64,000 bases of DNA from Frankiaceae bacterium. GTDB lineage: Bacteria; Actinomycetota; Actinomycetes; Mycobacteriales; SCTD01. Shown here piece after piece: positions 46,593 through 57,572 of this stretch (position 1 is its first letter; each line of letters opens with the position of its first letter). The stretch lies in NCBI GenBank assembly GCA_016650445.1, contig JAENVS010000002.1:10980-74979 (forward strand), in the 5' to 3' direction. A program made the translations under genes and the position numbers. The notes beneath the pieces were generated by a model. The model had not been told where the DNA came from, ran no database searches, and saw only the letters and a program-made list of their open reading frames with translations.

Positions 46593-47390
46593 GTGGTGCT
46601 GCCAGTCCACGACGTCAACCCGACGCGGCGTACGCCCTGGGTGACGTACGTCCTCATCACGATCAACGTCATCGCCTTCCTCTACAGCCCCGTGTCGCAC
46701 CACATCATCGGCGAGAGCGCGCAGGCGACCCAGTGCCGTCAGGTGGAGTTCTTCGACAGGTACGCCGCCGAGCCGAAGGAGGTCCTGTCCAACGAGGCGC
46801 AGCCGCAGCGGCGCATCGTGCTGACCGATGGCGAACGGCAGTACGTGTGCCCGACCCCCGAGCCGTTCGAGAAGTCACCGTTCCTCTCGGTGCTGACGGC
46901 GATGTTCCTGCACGGCGGGTGGCTGCACCTGCTCGGCAACCTGCTCTTCCTCTACGTGTTCGGCAACAACGTGGAGGACCGCCTCGGCCGGCTCACGTAC
47001 CTGCTGTTCTACCTGGGTTGCGGCTACGCCGCGACGTACGGCTTCTCGCTCTTCCAGGCCGGCTCGACTGAGCCGCTGGTCGGCGCATCCGGGGCGATCG
47101 CCGGGGTGCTCGGTGCCTACATCGTGCTGTTCCCGCGCGCGAAGGTGTGGTCGCTCCTGACGTTCTTCTTCTTCCTCCCCGTCCGGCTCCCGGCATGGCT
47201 GGTGCTCGGAACCTGGTTCGTCCTTCAGTACCTCTACTTCCGCGGTGCCGGGCTCGCCACGGGATCAGGCGTGGCGTACGGCGCACACGTCGTCGGTTTC
47301 GTCGTCGGAGCGGCCCTGGTCTGGCGGATCCGCAACACGGCGCGGTCCCGCGAGCTGCACCCGCGGTGGGGCCCGTACGCCGGTCGCTGA
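46593..47390 (+). CDS. Rhomboid intramembrane serine protease
   Basis: MFLHGGWLHLLGN, GASGA, AHVVGF. Confidence 0.93.
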   Translation: MVLPVHDVNPTRRTPWVTYVLITINVIAFLYSPVSHHIIGESAQATQCRQVEFFDRYAAEPKEVLSNEAQPQRRIVLTDGERQYVCPTPEPFEKSPFLSVLTAMFLHGGWLHLLGNLLFLYVFGNNVEDRLGRLTYLLFYLGCGYAATYGFSLFQAGSTEPLVGASGAIAGVLGAYIVLFPRAKVWSLLTFFFFLPVRLPAWLVLGTWFVLQYLYFRGAGLATGSGVAYGAHVVGFVVGAALVWRIRNTARSRELHPRWGPYAGR

Positions 47391-47452
47391 GCTACCCGGC
47401 GCTGCTCCACCTCATGTGGCCCCCTCGGGCTATCAAGCCATACCCTCGTCTC

Positions 47453-47954
47453 ATGTTCGCGGTCGTCGCCGGGCAGCGGCAAGACGACGCTGGCGGAGCC
47501 GCTGGCGACCAAACTGGCGCTGCCGCTCATCTCCAAAGACCACATCAAGGAGATGCTGGCCGACCAGCTGGGACTCGGGCCGCTGGCGGAGCAGTACGGG
47601 CGAGCGGCGGTGCACGTCATGCTCGGGTTGGCAGCCAGGTCGCCCGAGGTAGTGCTGGAGTCGTTCTTCTGGCCCGGCTTGTCGGAGCCAGAACTCCTTG
47701 CGCTGCATCGACCGCTGGTACAGGTCCACTGCCGCTGCGACCCCGCCTTGGCGCGTGAGCGGTTTGAGCGGCGGGCGCGAGTGGGCCGACGGCATGCGGT
47801 GCACAACGCGATGGACGACTGGGATCGCTTCTCCGACGGAGGCGGGCTGCTCGACCTCCCTGGGCCGCTTATCGCTGTGGACACTTCCACGGCTCTTGAC
47901 GTTGCCGGGGTCGCCCGAGAGGTCGTCGCAGCGTTGGCGGCAGTCAGCGCATAG
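47453..47954 (+). pseudogene. Frameshifted AAA_33-like P-loop kinase
   Basis: ATG 47453 (MFAVV) is out of frame with PGSGKTT...ISKDHIKE; the Walker A frame has no start codon between the stop at 47388 and the motif. Confidence 0.65.
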
Positions 47955-48067
47955 GGATGCCGTTAGCCCATGTCCGTGACGGACGTGGACGTGCGAGCTC
48001 TTGGCGGAGCGGCAATGTTCTCCACAGCGAGGAATGCCTTGCACAGCAGGGGAATCCGTTCCGGTTT

Positions 48068-48089
48068 TGTCGGAGGTCGTCAGTAGGTT
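48068..48089 (+). promoter_or_regulatory. PafBC (RecA-NDp) DNA-damage promoter
   Basis: TGTCGG-N10-TAGGTT exact match, 6 nt before the ATG. Confidence 0.75.
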
Positions 48090-48095
48090 TCTCGC

Positions 48096-49532
48096 ATGCC
48101 CACCGCCGCCTCGCCCGTCGACTGGTCTACACGACCGGGGCCCTCGGCGATGTCGCCTGAGAAGCTGGCGGCGTTCGTAGACAAGGCGGTCGCCCGCACG
48201 GACGGCATGTTGTTCACGGCGACGCCGACCGAGGAGCTTGACGCAATCGGACGCTGGCAGCAGATCAAGGACCGGGCGTTCGCTGGTCTGATGCGCGAGA
48301 TCGTGGCGGCCTACAACCGGGCGGGCACCGAGGAGCGGGAGTTCGCTGCCGACGAGGTCGGTCTGGCGGTCGGGGCGGCGTCGACGACAGGCGGCAACCT
48401 GGTCGCGCAAGCACTCGCGGTGTCGGCGCTGCCCGGTTTGCTCGAAGCGGTCGATGCCGGGCAGCTCACCGAGCGGCACGTGCTGGCGGTTGTGCGCGAG
48501 CTGGACAGGGTCGAGCTCACGCTCGAGCAGCGGCAGGCGGTCGTGCTCGTCATGCTCGCGCGTTACCAGGGGCAGACACCCGGTGAGCTCGGCGCGCTGG
48601 TGGCCCGGCTGATCGTGCAGGTCGACCGGGCGGCTGCTGCCGCGCGGGACGCCAAGGCCACCGGGGAGCGCAAGGTGTGGTTCTCCCGCGACGTCGACGG
48701 CCAAGCGCTGGTGCTCGCCCGCGGGCCGGCCGCGAAGATCGCCGCGATCCGCGCGTCGCTCGAGGCGACCTTGCCGGACGAGGCCGAGCCCGGGGATGAG
48801 CGCAGCCGGGACGCGCGAGAGTTCGACCTGTTCGTCGACCTGCTGACCGGCGGCGCGGAGGCCGGATCCTGGAGTGCCGAAGTTGTCGTCCCGTTCTCTG
48901 TCGCGCAGGCCGGTGACGTGGAGCTGGCCGATATCCCGGGCCTCGGCCCGATCCTGCCCTCGACCGCCCGTGACCTGCTCGGCCAGTGCGACACAATCAC
49001 CCAGATCGCTGTCGACCAGGACGGCAAGGTCATCGCGGTCGGCGACCCGATCCGACCCGACTCCCCACCGGGACGACCCGCCGACGAGCCGCCGGTCGAA
49101 GAGCCGCCGGTCGACGAGCCGCCGGCCAGCGAGCCGCCGGCCAGCGAGCCGCCGGCCGACGAGCCGCTGGTCCAGCGATCGGGCATGACGCCGCTGTCAC
49201 CGCGGGTGCTGCGCCGCATCGCTTCCCCTCCGTCGATGCGGGACATGGCTGGCAGCGGCTACCGATTCCCACCCCGGCTCCGCCGGTTCCTCGAGGAGCG
49301 CGACCGCACCTGCGTGTTCCCGGGCTGCGGCCGACCCGCCCGCAAGACCGACAAAGACCACCGAAGGCCCTGGCCGGCCGGTCCGACCAGCGCCGACAAC
49401 GGCGACTGCCTGTGCCGACATCACCATCGCGCCAAGCACACGATCTTCACCGTCCTACGCGACACTGACGGCAGCTACATCTGGATTACCCGCGGCGGGT
49501 GGCAGTTCCGCCGACATCCCAAGGGCTACTGA
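48096..49532 (+). CDS. DUF222 + HNH endonuclease (REP13E12-like)
   Basis: Helical DUF222-like N-terminus; RDRTCVFPGC, DHRRPW..GPT...N..CLCRHHHRAKH. Confidence 0.9.
   Translation: MPTAASPVDWSTRPGPSAMSPEKLAAFVDKAVARTDGMLFTATPTEELDAIGRWQQIKDRAFAGLMREIVAAYNRAGTEEREFAADEVGLAVGAASTTGGNLVAQALAVSALPGLLEAVDAGQLTERHVLAVVRELDRVELTLEQRQAVVLVMLARYQGQTPGELGALVARLIVQVDRAAAAARDAKATGERKVWFSRDVDGQALVLARGPAAKIAAIRASLEATLPDEAEPGDERSRDAREFDLFVDLLTGGAEAGSWSAEVVVPFSVAQAGDVELADIPGLGPILPSTARDLLGQCDTITQIAVDQDGKVIAVGDPIRPDSPPGRPADEPPVEEPPVDEPPASEPPASEPPADEPLVQRSGMTPLSPRVLRRIASPPSMRDMAGSGYRFPPRLRRFLEERDRTCVFPGCGRPARKTDKDHRRPWPAGPTSADNGDCLCRHHHRAKHTIFTVLRDTDGSYIWITRGGWQFRRHPKGY
49086..49175 (+). repeat. 15-bp coding tandem repeat x6 (EPPxx)
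   Basis: GAGCCGCCGG(T/C)CNNN units encoding EPPVE/EPPVD/EPPAS/EPPAS/EPPAD/EPLVQ. Confidence 0.9.
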
Positions 49533-49628
49533 CATCGTCACAGCCCGCCCCGCCAACCGTCAGCCCGAACCCGCAGACGAGCAGCCGCCCGCCAGCGGCT
49601 TCGGCATGCCCGCAGCCGCTGACCCTGT

Positions 49629-49805
49629 CTAGTCCTCGTCGTCGTCGAGGCGGGCGAGCCAGGTGGCCAGTCGCTCGACCGGCACCTCGAAGTCGGGGTT
49701 GAGGTCGACGAACTCGCGCAGCCGCTCGGCCAGCCAGGCCAGCGACACCGACTCGTCGCCGCGCCGCTGGGCGAGCTCCTCGAGCCCACGGTCGGTGAAG
49801 TACAT
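49629..49805 (-). CDS. DUF6104-like small protein
   Basis: MYFTDRGLEELAQRRG...FVDLNPDFEVPVERLATWLARLDD; GAGGT RBS. Confidence 0.8.
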   Translation of the reverse strand: MYFTDRGLEELAQRRGDESVSLAWLAERLREFVDLNPDFEVPVERLATWLARLDDDED

Positions 49806-49807
49806 CG

Positions 49808-52800
49808 CTACCTCGCGAAGACGCCCTCGATGAGGGCCGCCTGCTCTGCCTCGTGCACCTTGCTGGAGCCGGCCGCGGGAGAGGCGGCCGACGTGCGCGA
49901 GATGCGCCGCAGCGTGACGTGGTCCGGCAGGTGGTCGGGCAAGGACAGGGCGATGTGCGACCACGCGCCCTGGTTGGCCGGCTCTTCCTGGGCCCAGACG
50001 ACGTCGCGGGCGTTGGGGTACGCCGAGAGCACGTCGGTCACCTCTTCGCCGGGCAGGGGGTAGAGCTGCTCCACTCGGATGAGCGCGGTGGAGGTGTCCC
50101 CGGACTTGCGTCGCGCGGCCAGCAGGTCGTAGTAGACCTTGCCCGCGGTCAGGACGACGCGCGTGACGCCGGACGGCTCCGGCGCGTCAGGGTCGCCGAG
50201 CACCGGCGCGAACGTCCCTGAGGTGAAGTCGTCGATCGACGATGAGGCAGCGCGCAGCCGCAGCATCGACTTCGGCGACATGACGATCAGCGGGCGCTGG
50301 TGCGACGCCAGCGCCTGGCGCCGCAGGAGGTGGAAGTAGTTGGCGGGCGACGTCGGCGCCGCGACGGTCATGTTGTCGTCGGCACACAGCTGCAGGTAGC
50401 GCTCGAGCCGAGCGGAGGAGTGGTCCGGCCCCTGGCCCTCGTAGCCGTGCGGGAGCAGCAGCGTCACGCCGGAGCGCTGGCCCCACTTCGCCTCGCCGCT
50501 CGCGATGAACTCGTCGATGATCGTCATCGCGCCGTTCGTGAAGTCGCCGAACTGCGCCTCCCACACCACGAGCGCTTCCGGTCGGGCGACGGCGTAGCCG
50601 TACTCGAAGCCCATCGCGGCGTACTCGCTCAGCAGCGAGTCGTAGACGTAGAACGTCCCCTGGCTCTCCGACAAGTGCGCGAGCGGTGTGTGCTCGTTGC
50701 CGTTCGTACGGTCTACGAGGACGGCATGACGGTGACCGAACGTCCCGCGCCGTGAGTCCTGGCCCGCTAGTCGGACCGGCCGACCCTCGAGCAGCAGCGA
50801 GCCGAAGGCCAGCGTCTCGCCGAGCGCCCAGTCGATCGTCGCGTCGTTGATCATGGCGGCGCGCTTCTGCAGCTGCGGCAGCAGGCGCGGGTGCACCGTG
50901 AACGCCTCCGGCAGGTTGACCTGGGAGTCGACGATCGTCTTCACGACCTCCATCGGGATCGCGGTCTGCACCGCCTCCGGTGCCGGCGTCTCCATCACCG
51001 GCTCGACGGAGGGTGCGGTCGATGCTTCGCGCGTGCCCTGGAACACCTTCTCGAGCTGCTCCTGGTAGTCGCGCAGCGCTGCCTCGGCCTGCTCGACGGT
51101 GATGTCGCTGCGCCCGATGAGGGCCTCTGTGTAGATCTTGCGCACCGACCGCTTGGCGTCGATCGTGTCGTACATCAGCGGCTGCGTGAACGAGGGCTCG
51201 TCGACCTCGCTGTGTCCGCGGCGGCGGTAGCAGACCATGTCGATGACGACGTCCTTCTTGAACGCCTGCCGGTAGTCGAACGCGAGCTTCGCCACGCGAA
51301 CACACGCCTCCGGGTCGTCCCCGTTGACGTGGAAGATCGGCGCCTGCACCATGCGCGCGACGTCGGTCGCGTAGACCGACGACCGTGCGCTGTGCGGCCC
51401 CGTCGTGAACCCCACCTGGTTGTTGACGACCACGTGGATCGTGCCGCCCGTGCGGTAGCCCCGCAGCTGGCCCATCTGGAGCGTCTCGGCCACGACGCCC
51501 TGGCCGGCGAAGGCGGCATCGCCGTGCAGCAGCAGCGGGAGGACCGTGAAGCCCTCCTCGCCCTTGTTGATGACGTCCTGCTTGGCGCGCACGACACCCT
51601 CGAGAACCGGATCGACGGCTTCGAGGTGCGAGGGGTTGGCCTGCAGGCTCACGTTGACCGCGTTGCCGTCGGGTGAGACGAAGACTCCCTCGGCCCCCAG
51701 GTGGTACTTCACGTCGCCGGAGCCGTGGGCCGTGCGCGGGTCGATGTTGCCCTCGAACTCACGGAAGATCTGCGCGTGGCTCTTGCCGACGATGTTGGCC
51801 AGCACGTTGAGCCGGCCTCGGTGCGGCATGGCGATCGCCACCTCGTCCAGGCCGGCCGCTGCAGCCTTTCTCAACACGCCGTCGAGCAGCGGGATCACCG
51901 ACTCCGCGCCCTCGAGCGAGAAGCGCTTCTGCCCGACGTACTTCGTCTGCAGGAAGGTCTCGAAAGCCTCTGCCGCATTGAGTCGCTTGAGCACGTGCAG
52001 CTGGTCGTCGCGGTCTGGGGCCTCCGCCTTGCGCTCTACCCGCTGCTGGAGCCACGCCCGCTCGGCTGGGTCCTGGATGTGCATGTACTCCAGGCCGACG
52101 GTCCGGCAGTAGGAGTCGCGCAGTACGCCGAGGATGTCGCGCAGTTTCTTGACGCGCTTTCCGGCGAAGCCGCCGACCGGGAACTCGCGGTCCAGGTCCC
52201 ACAGCGACAGGCCGTGGTTGACGACGTCGAGGTCGGGGTGGGCGCGGACCTTGAAGTTGAGCGGATCGGTGTCGGCGAGCAGATGCCCGCGGACCCGGTA
52301 GGCGTGGATGAGCTCGTGGACGCGGGTCGCCTTGTCGAGCTCGCCCTCGGCGGTCGCGTGCTGGTCGTGCACCCAGCGCACCGGCTCGTACGGGATCCGC
52401 AGCGAGTGGAAGACCTCGTCGTAGAACCCGTCCTCGCCGAGCAGCAGCTCGTGCATCCGGCGCAGGAACTCACCGGACTGGGCGCCCTGGATCACCCGGT
52501 GGTCGTAGGTCGACGTCAGCGTGATGATCTTGCTGATCGCGAGCGCCGCGAGCGTCTCCTCCGACGCGCCCTGGAACTCCGCGGGGTACTCCATCGCCCC
52601 GACGCCGAGGATCGCGCCCTGCCCCTTCATCAGGCGGGGCACGGAGTGGACGGTGCCGATGCCGCCGGGGTTGGTCAGGCTGATCGTGGCGCCTTGGAAG
52701 TCCTCGGTCGTCAGCTTGCCGCCACGTGCGCGGCGCACGATGTCCTCGTACGCCGCCCAGTAGGCGGCGAAGTCCATCGTGTCGGCGTCGCGGATGGCCG

Positions 52801-53485
52801 CCACGACGAGCGAGCGGGTGCCGTTGGGGTTCTGCAGGTCGATCGCCAGCCCCAGCCCGACGTGCTCCGGCGTCATCAGCGCCGGCTTGCCGCCGACCTC
52901 GGCGAACGCGTTGTTCATGACCGGGACGTCGGCGACGGCCTTCACGAGGGCGTAACCGATCAGGTGCGTGAAGGACACCTTGCCGCCGCGGCTGCGACGC
53001 AGGTGGTTGTTGATCACCGTGCGGTTGTCGGCCAGCAGCTTGGCCGGCACAGCCCGCACGCTGGTCGCGGTCGGCACGGTCAGGCTCGACTCCATGTTGG
53101 CGACGACGCGGGCCGCGGCGCCCTTCAACGGCGTGCTTGCCGTGCCCGCAGGGGCGGCGACCTCAGGGGTCGGTGCGGAAGGGGCAGGCGCGGGGGCGAT
53201 CGGCGCAGCCGGTGGGGCCGCGATCACGGGGGCTGGGGCAGCCGGCGCGGGAGCGGGCGTCGCGGGCGCCTCGGCCACCGGCGCGGGAGTCGATGCCGCC
53301 GTGCCGTTGGCCGTGCCGCTGGGCCCGCCGTTGGCGGTCGGGCCCTCGCCTGGGGAGTAGTCGGAGAGGAACTCACGCCACTCGGCTGACACGCTCGAGG
53401 GGTCCTTGAGGTACTGCTGGTGGATCTCGTAGACGAGCCACTCGTTGGCACCGAAGTCGGTCTGCTGTCCCGGCTGCGTGGACAC
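49808..53485 (-). CDS. kgd: Multifunctional 2-oxoglutarate decarboxylase/dehydrogenase (E2-E1 fusion)
   Basis: [61 protein letters not shown]. Confidence 0.97.
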   Translation of the reverse strand: MSTQPGQQTDFGANEWLVYEIHQQYLKDPSSVSAEWREFLSDYSPGEGPTANGGPSGTANGTAASTPAPVAEAPATPAPAPAAPAPVIAAPPAAPIAPAPAPSAPTPEVAAPAGTASTPLKGAAARVVANMESSLTVPTATSVRAVPAKLLADNRTVINNHLRRSRGGKVSFTHLIGYALVKAVADVPVMNNAFAEVGGKPALMTPEHVGLGLAIDLQNPNGTRSLVVAAIRDADTMDFAAYWAAYEDIVRRARGGKLTTEDFQGATISLTNPGGIGTVHSVPRLMKGQGAILGVGAMEYPAEFQGASEETLAALAISKIITLTSTYDHRVIQGAQSGEFLRRMHELLLGEDGFYDEVFHSLRIPYEPVRWVHDQHATAEGELDKATRVHELIHAYRVRGHLLADTDPLNFKVRAHPDLDVVNHGLSLWDLDREFPVGGFAGKRVKKLRDILGVLRDSYCRTVGLEYMHIQDPAERAWLQQRVERKAEAPDRDDQLHVLKRLNAAEAFETFLQTKYVGQKRFSLEGAESVIPLLDGVLRKAAAAGLDEVAIAMPHRGRLNVLANIVGKSHAQIFREFEGNIDPRTAHGSGDVKYHLGAEGVFVSPDGNAVNVSLQANPSHLEAVDPVLEGVVRAKQDVINKGEEGFTVLPLLLHGDAAFAGQGVVAETLQMGQLRGYRTGGTIHVVVNNQVGFTTGPHSARSSVYATDVARMVQAPIFHVNGDDPEACVRVAKLAFDYRQAFKKDVVIDMVCYRRRGHSEVDEPSFTQPLMYDTIDAKRSVRKIYTEALIGRSDITVEQAEAALRDYQEQLEKVFQGTREASTAPSVEPVMETPAPEAVQTAIPMEVVKTIVDSQVNLPEAFTVHPRLLPQLQKRAAMINDATIDWALGETLAFGSLLLEGRPVRLAGQDSRRGTFGHRHAVLVDRTNGNEHTPLAHLSESQGTFYVYDSLLSEYAAMGFEYGYAVARPEALVVWEAQFGDFTNGAMTIIDEFIASGEAKWGQRSGVTLLLPHGYEGQGPDHSSARLERYLQLCADDNMTVAAPTSPANYFHLLRRQALASHQRPLIVMSPKSMLRLRAASSSIDDFTSGTFAPVLGDPDAPEPSGVTRVVLTAGKVYYDLLAARRKSGDTSTALIRVEQLYPLPGEEVTDVLSAYPNARDVVWAQEEPANQGAWSHIALSLPDHLPDHVTLRRISRTSAASPAAGSSKVHEAEQAALIEGVFAR

Positions 53486-53652
53486 GCTGGGCTTCGCCTC
53501 TTCCCGGAAGATCCCTCAGGCGCCGAGCTGGCTGGCCTGGCGACCCCTCAGGTTACCTGTGAGGAAGTACGCGACGACACCCCTGGGGTGACTCCGAAGT
53601 CGGCAAGGATCGGGGACAGTACGCCCAGACCGCGCGGATTCGGAGGAGGCGC

Positions 53653-54804
53653 ATGGACAGGGATCGACCATCGCTCGTGGTCGGGGTGCTGCGCGAGCAG
53701 GCGCCGGCCGAGCGCCGAGTCGCGCTGACGCCCGAAGTCGTGGGCCGGGTGCAGGCCCTGGGGCTGGAGGTGCTCGTGGAGCGCGGCGCCGGCGAGCGGG
53801 CCATGTACAGCGACGGCGACTACACCGCCACGGGTGCGCTGCTCGTGGCCCGCGAGGAGCTGCTGTCCCGTGCGGACGTGCTGGTGTCCGTCCGCGCGCC
53901 GGACCGCCCAACGATGCTGGCACTGCGGCCGCGGCAGGCGCTGATCGGCATGCTGCGTCCCGATCTCGACCTCGAGCTGGCGGCGACGCTCGCGGACACG
54001 AAGGCCACCACGCTCAGCTTCGAGGGGCTGCCGCGCACTCTGTCGCGGGCACAGTCGATGGACGCGCTGACGTCGCAGGCCAACGTGGCCGGCTACAAGG
54101 CCGCCCTCGTTGCCGCCGATGCCTACGGCGGGTTCTTCCCGATGCTCATGACCGCTGCCGGCACCACCCGGCCGGCGTCCGTCCTCGTGCTCGGCGCGGG
54201 CGTCGCCGGGCTCCAGGCGATCGCCACCGCGAAGCGCCTCGGCGCCCGGGTCACCGGCTACGACGTCCGCGCGGAGGCGCGGGGCGACGTGCTGTCGCTC
54301 GGCGCCGCCTTCCTCGACCTCGGCGGCGTGAGCGTGGCCAGCGAAGGGGGATACGCCCGACCGCTGACCGCGGAGGAGAGCGCGGCGCAGCAGCAGGCGC
54401 TGGTCGACGCGATCAGCGGCTTCGACGTCATCATCACCACGGCGCAGGTGCCGGGCCGGCGACCGCCGGTGCTGGTTCCGCGTGAGGCGCTGGACCGCCT
54501 CGGGACCGGGTCGGTCGTCGTCGACATCGCGGCCAGCCCGCTCGGCGGCAACGTCGACGGCTCGGCCCCGGACGTGACGATCGTCACCGACCGCGGTGTG
54601 ACGGTGATCGGTGCCGGCAACCTGCCGTCCCAGGTCCCGCGCGCGGCGTCCACCGCGTATGCGCGCAACGTCACCGCTCTGCTCGGTCTGCTCGTCCGCG
54701 ACGGCGCCTTGAGCGTCGATCTGCAGGATGAGGTGCTCGCCGGACTCGTCGTCACTCACGACGGCGTCGTCAACCGCCCCGAGACGCTGGGAGGCAGCCG
54801 ATGA
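53653..54804 (+). CDS. pntA: NAD(P) transhydrogenase alpha subunit, domain I
   Basis: ERRVALTP, RAQSMDAL, GAGVAGLQA, DVIITTA, GGN. Confidence 0.93.
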   Translation: MDRDRPSLVVGVLREQAPAERRVALTPEVVGRVQALGLEVLVERGAGERAMYSDGDYTATGALLVAREELLSRADVLVSVRAPDRPTMLALRPRQALIGMLRPDLDLELAATLADTKATTLSFEGLPRTLSRAQSMDALTSQANVAGYKAALVAADAYGGFFPMLMTAAGTTRPASVLVLGAGVAGLQAIATAKRLGARVTGYDVRAEARGDVLSLGAAFLDLGGVSVASEGGYARPLTAEESAAQQQALVDAISGFDVIITTAQVPGRRPPVLVPREALDRLGTGSVVVDIAASPLGGNVDGSAPDVTIVTDRGVTVIGAGNLPSQVPRAASTAYARNVTALLGLLVRDGALSVDLQDEVLAGLVVTHDGVVNRPETLGGSR

Positions 54805-55097
54805 CGGCAGCCCTGCTCGCCACGATCACAGTCTTCGTGCTCGGTCTGCTCGTCGGCTTCGAGGTGATCAGCAAGGTCCCGCAGAGCTTGCACACGCCGC
54901 TGATGTCGGGCGCCAACGCCATCCACGGTGTGATCGTGGTCGGTGTGATGGTGATCGCCGCGTCCTGCGACTCGGTGCTCGGCCGGATCCTGCTGTTCAT
55001 TGCGGCGGTGTTCGCCGCGATGAACGTCGTCGGCGGCTACGTCGTCACGGACCGGATGCTGGAGATGTTCCGGGCGAAGCGGGGCGGCGGCTCATGA
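54801..55097 (+). CDS. NAD(P) transhydrogenase alpha subunit, membrane part
   Basis: LHTPLMSGANAIHG, NVVGGYVVTDRML.MF. Confidence 0.93.
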   Translation: MTAALLATITVFVLGLLVGFEVISKVPQSLHTPLMSGANAIHGVIVVGVMVIAASCDSVLGRILLFIAAVFAAMNVVGGYVVTDRMLEMFRAKRGGGS

Positions 55098-56503
55098 GCG
55101 CGTTCGACAGCACCGTCGCGCTGATCTACCTCGCCGCTGCGACGTCGTTCGTCGTCGGCCTGCACCTGATGAACTCCCCGGCCAGCGCCCGCCGCGGCAA
55201 CGCGGTGTCCGCAACGGGGATGGCCGTCGCGATCCTCACCACCGGGGTCGTCCTGGTCCGTGACGACGTCATCTCCGGCGGGTCTGTCGGCGTGCTCGTT
55301 GCGGGGCTGGTCGTGGGCGCGGTCGCCGGTCTGATCGGTGCCCGGCGCGTGAAGATGACGGAGATGCCGCAGCTGGTGTCGCTGTTCAACGCGGTCGGTG
55401 GCGGCGCGGCAGCGCTGGTCGCACTCGTCGAGGTGGTCGACGGCGAGGGCCTGCGGGACGCCGCCGTCAGCCTGTCGCTGCCCACGGTGCTCGACGTCCT
55501 CATCGGCGCCATCACCTTCAGCGGCTCGCTGGTCGCCGCAGGCAAGCTCGCTGGTCGAGTGTCGGGTGCACCGGTGACATCGGCGCTCGGCCGGGCGGCG
55601 TCAATGGTTCTGGCGGTCGTCGCTGTGGTCGGCTCCCTGGTGATCCTCACCGGACACGGCGGTGGAGCCGTCCTCGTCGTCGTCGGGGTGGCCGCGCTCG
55701 GGCTGGGCGTGCTGCTCACGCTGCCGATCGGCGGCGCCGACATGCCCGTCGTCATCTCGCTGCTCAACGCGTTCACCGGCACCGCGGTCGCGATGGCCGG
55801 CTTCGTCCTCGAGAACACGCTGCTGGTGGTTGCCGGAGCCCTCGTCGGCGCGGCCGGCGCGATCCTCACGCTCCTCATGGCGGAAGCGATGAACCGCTCG
55901 TTGATGAGCATCATGCTCGGCGGCTTCGGCACGGGAGACGAGGTCGTTGCCGTGGGCGCCGGTGGTGCTTCCGTGCGAGAGACCACGACGGACGACGCAG
56001 CCTTGCAGCTGGCCTACGCATCCAAGGTCGTCATGGTGCCCGGCTACGGGCTGGCCGCGGCGCAGGCACAGCACGAGATGGTCGACCTCGCGACCGCTCT
56101 CGAGGCACATGGCGTGGAGGTCAGCTACGGCATCCACCCGGTCGCCGGCCGGATGCCCGGGCACATGAACGTCCTGCTTGCCGAGGCCGACGTTCCCTAC
56201 ACCCAGCTGCGCGACCTGGAGGAGATCAACGGCGAGTTCAGCCGCACCGATGTCGTCCTCGTCGTCGGGGCCAACGACGTGACCAACCCGGCAGCCCGCC
56301 GCCCGGGCAACGCCGTCTCCGGAATGCCGATCCTGGACGTCGACCACGCCAAGAGCGTCATCGTCATCAAGCGCTCGATGGGGCACGGCTACGCGGGCAT
56401 CGAGAACGAGCTCTACGGCGACCCGAAGACCTCGATGCTCTTCAGCGACGCGAAGGCCGGCCTGCGTGAGCTGCGCACGGCGCTGTCGGCGTACGTCAAG
56501 TAG
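55094..56503 (+). CDS. pntB: NAD(P) transhydrogenase beta subunit
   Basis: MTEMPQLV, TFSGS, IGGADMPVVISLLN, PGYGLA.AQAQH, HPVAGRMPGHMNV, GANDV. Confidence 0.95.
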   Translation: MSAFDSTVALIYLAAATSFVVGLHLMNSPASARRGNAVSATGMAVAILTTGVVLVRDDVISGGSVGVLVAGLVVGAVAGLIGARRVKMTEMPQLVSLFNAVGGGAAALVALVEVVDGEGLRDAAVSLSLPTVLDVLIGAITFSGSLVAAGKLAGRVSGAPVTSALGRAASMVLAVVAVVGSLVILTGHGGGAVLVVVGVAALGLGVLLTLPIGGADMPVVISLLNAFTGTAVAMAGFVLENTLLVVAGALVGAAGAILTLLMAEAMNRSLMSIMLGGFGTGDEVVAVGAGGASVRETTTDDAALQLAYASKVVMVPGYGLAAAQAQHEMVDLATALEAHGVEVSYGIHPVAGRMPGHMNVLLAEADVPYTQLRDLEEINGEFSRTDVVLVVGANDVTNPAARRPGNAVSGMPILDVDHAKSVIVIKRSMGHGYAGIENELYGDPKTSMLFSDAKAGLRELRTALSAYVK

Positions 56504-56519
56504 CTCTTGTACGACGGCG

Positions 56520-57569
56520 TCAGCGGAAGCCGGCTTGGAGCTTCGCCAGGGCGTCGGACCCCGGGCACAGCCGGTCGTAGGTGATCGACGCGAGCGCGGC
56601 GGCCGGCGTCTTGTTCAGGTCGTGCAGGTCGGCGACCTCGTCGTTGGCGTAGAGCAGGCCGGTGACGACCTCGCCGCGGGCGCGGTGTTCCTCGACGAAG
56701 CGGGCGACGGCCTGCCGGTCGGTCGGGTCGTAACCCTTCGGCACGGCCCGGAAGCGCATCGCGGTGCCGTCGTGCATCGTGACGCTGATCGCCCCCTCGG
56801 CGGGTACGGCCGCCACGATCTCCTCCCGCGGCGGCACGAAGTCGGTTGCCGTCACCTCGTGCTGGCGGGTGAACAGGTAGCTCTTCGTCGAGCCCTCGTG
56901 GTCGTTGAACTGGATGCACGGCGAGATGACGTCGATGAGGGCGAAACCGCGATGCGAGATGCCGGCCTGCAGGATTGGGATGAGCCGGTCCTTGTCGCCG
57001 GAGAACGCCCGCGCGACGAACGTGGCGCCGAGGCTGAGGGCCATGACGATCGGGTCGATCGGGGGCAGCAGGTTCGGCTCGCCCTTCTTCGACGTCGAGT
57101 CGATGTCGGCCGACGCGGAGAACTGGCCTTTCGTGAGCCCGTAGACGCCGTTGTTCTCGATGACGTAGAGCATGTTGATGTTGCGGCGGATCGCGTGAGC
57201 CAGGTGCCCGAGCCCGATCGACAGCGAATCGCCGTCTCCGGAGATGCCGAGGTAGGTGAGCTCGCGATTCGCGGCGTTCGCCCCGGTCGCGATCGTGGCC
57301 ATCCGGCCGTGGACCGAGTTGAACCCGTGTGCCCCGCGAACGAAGTACGCCGGCGTCTTGGACGAGCAGCCGATGCCCGACAGCTTGGCGATCTTGTGCG
57401 GCGGGATGCCGAGCTTGAACAACGCCTCGATCAGCGCGGCGGTCACCGAGTCGTGGCCGCAACCACCGCAGAGCGTCGACGGCGCGCCCTCGTAGTCGCG
57501 CACGGTCAGCCCCAGGTCGTTGTGCTGGAGGTGCGCCAGCGGGACCAGCGGCTTGGCGATCGAGGGCAC
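56520..57569 (-). CDS. 2-oxoacid:ferredoxin oxidoreductase beta subunit
   Basis: LCGGCGH, SGIGCSS, HGR, SGDGD, NNGVYGLTKGQ.S, SPC. Confidence 0.93.
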   Translation of the reverse strand: MPSIAKPLVPLAHLQHNDLGLTVRDYEGAPSTLCGGCGHDSVTAALIEALFKLGIPPHKIAKLSGIGCSSKTPAYFVRGAHGFNSVHGRMATIATGANAANRELTYLGISGDGDSLSIGLGHLAHAIRRNINMLYVIENNGVYGLTKGQFSASADIDSTSKKGEPNLLPPIDPIVMALSLGATFVARAFSGDKDRLIPILQAGISHRGFALIDVISPCIQFNDHEGSTKSYLFTRQHEVTATDFVPPREEIVAAVPAEGAISVTMHDGTAMRFRAVPKGYDPTDRQAVARFVEEHRARGEVVTGLLYANDEVADLHDLNKTPAAALASITYDRLCPGSDALAKLQAGFR

Positions 57570-57572
57570 GGT

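Noticed and set aside
49086..49175. Repeat array as CRISPR
   Set aside because: Contiguous in-frame 15-mers without spacers; no cas genes
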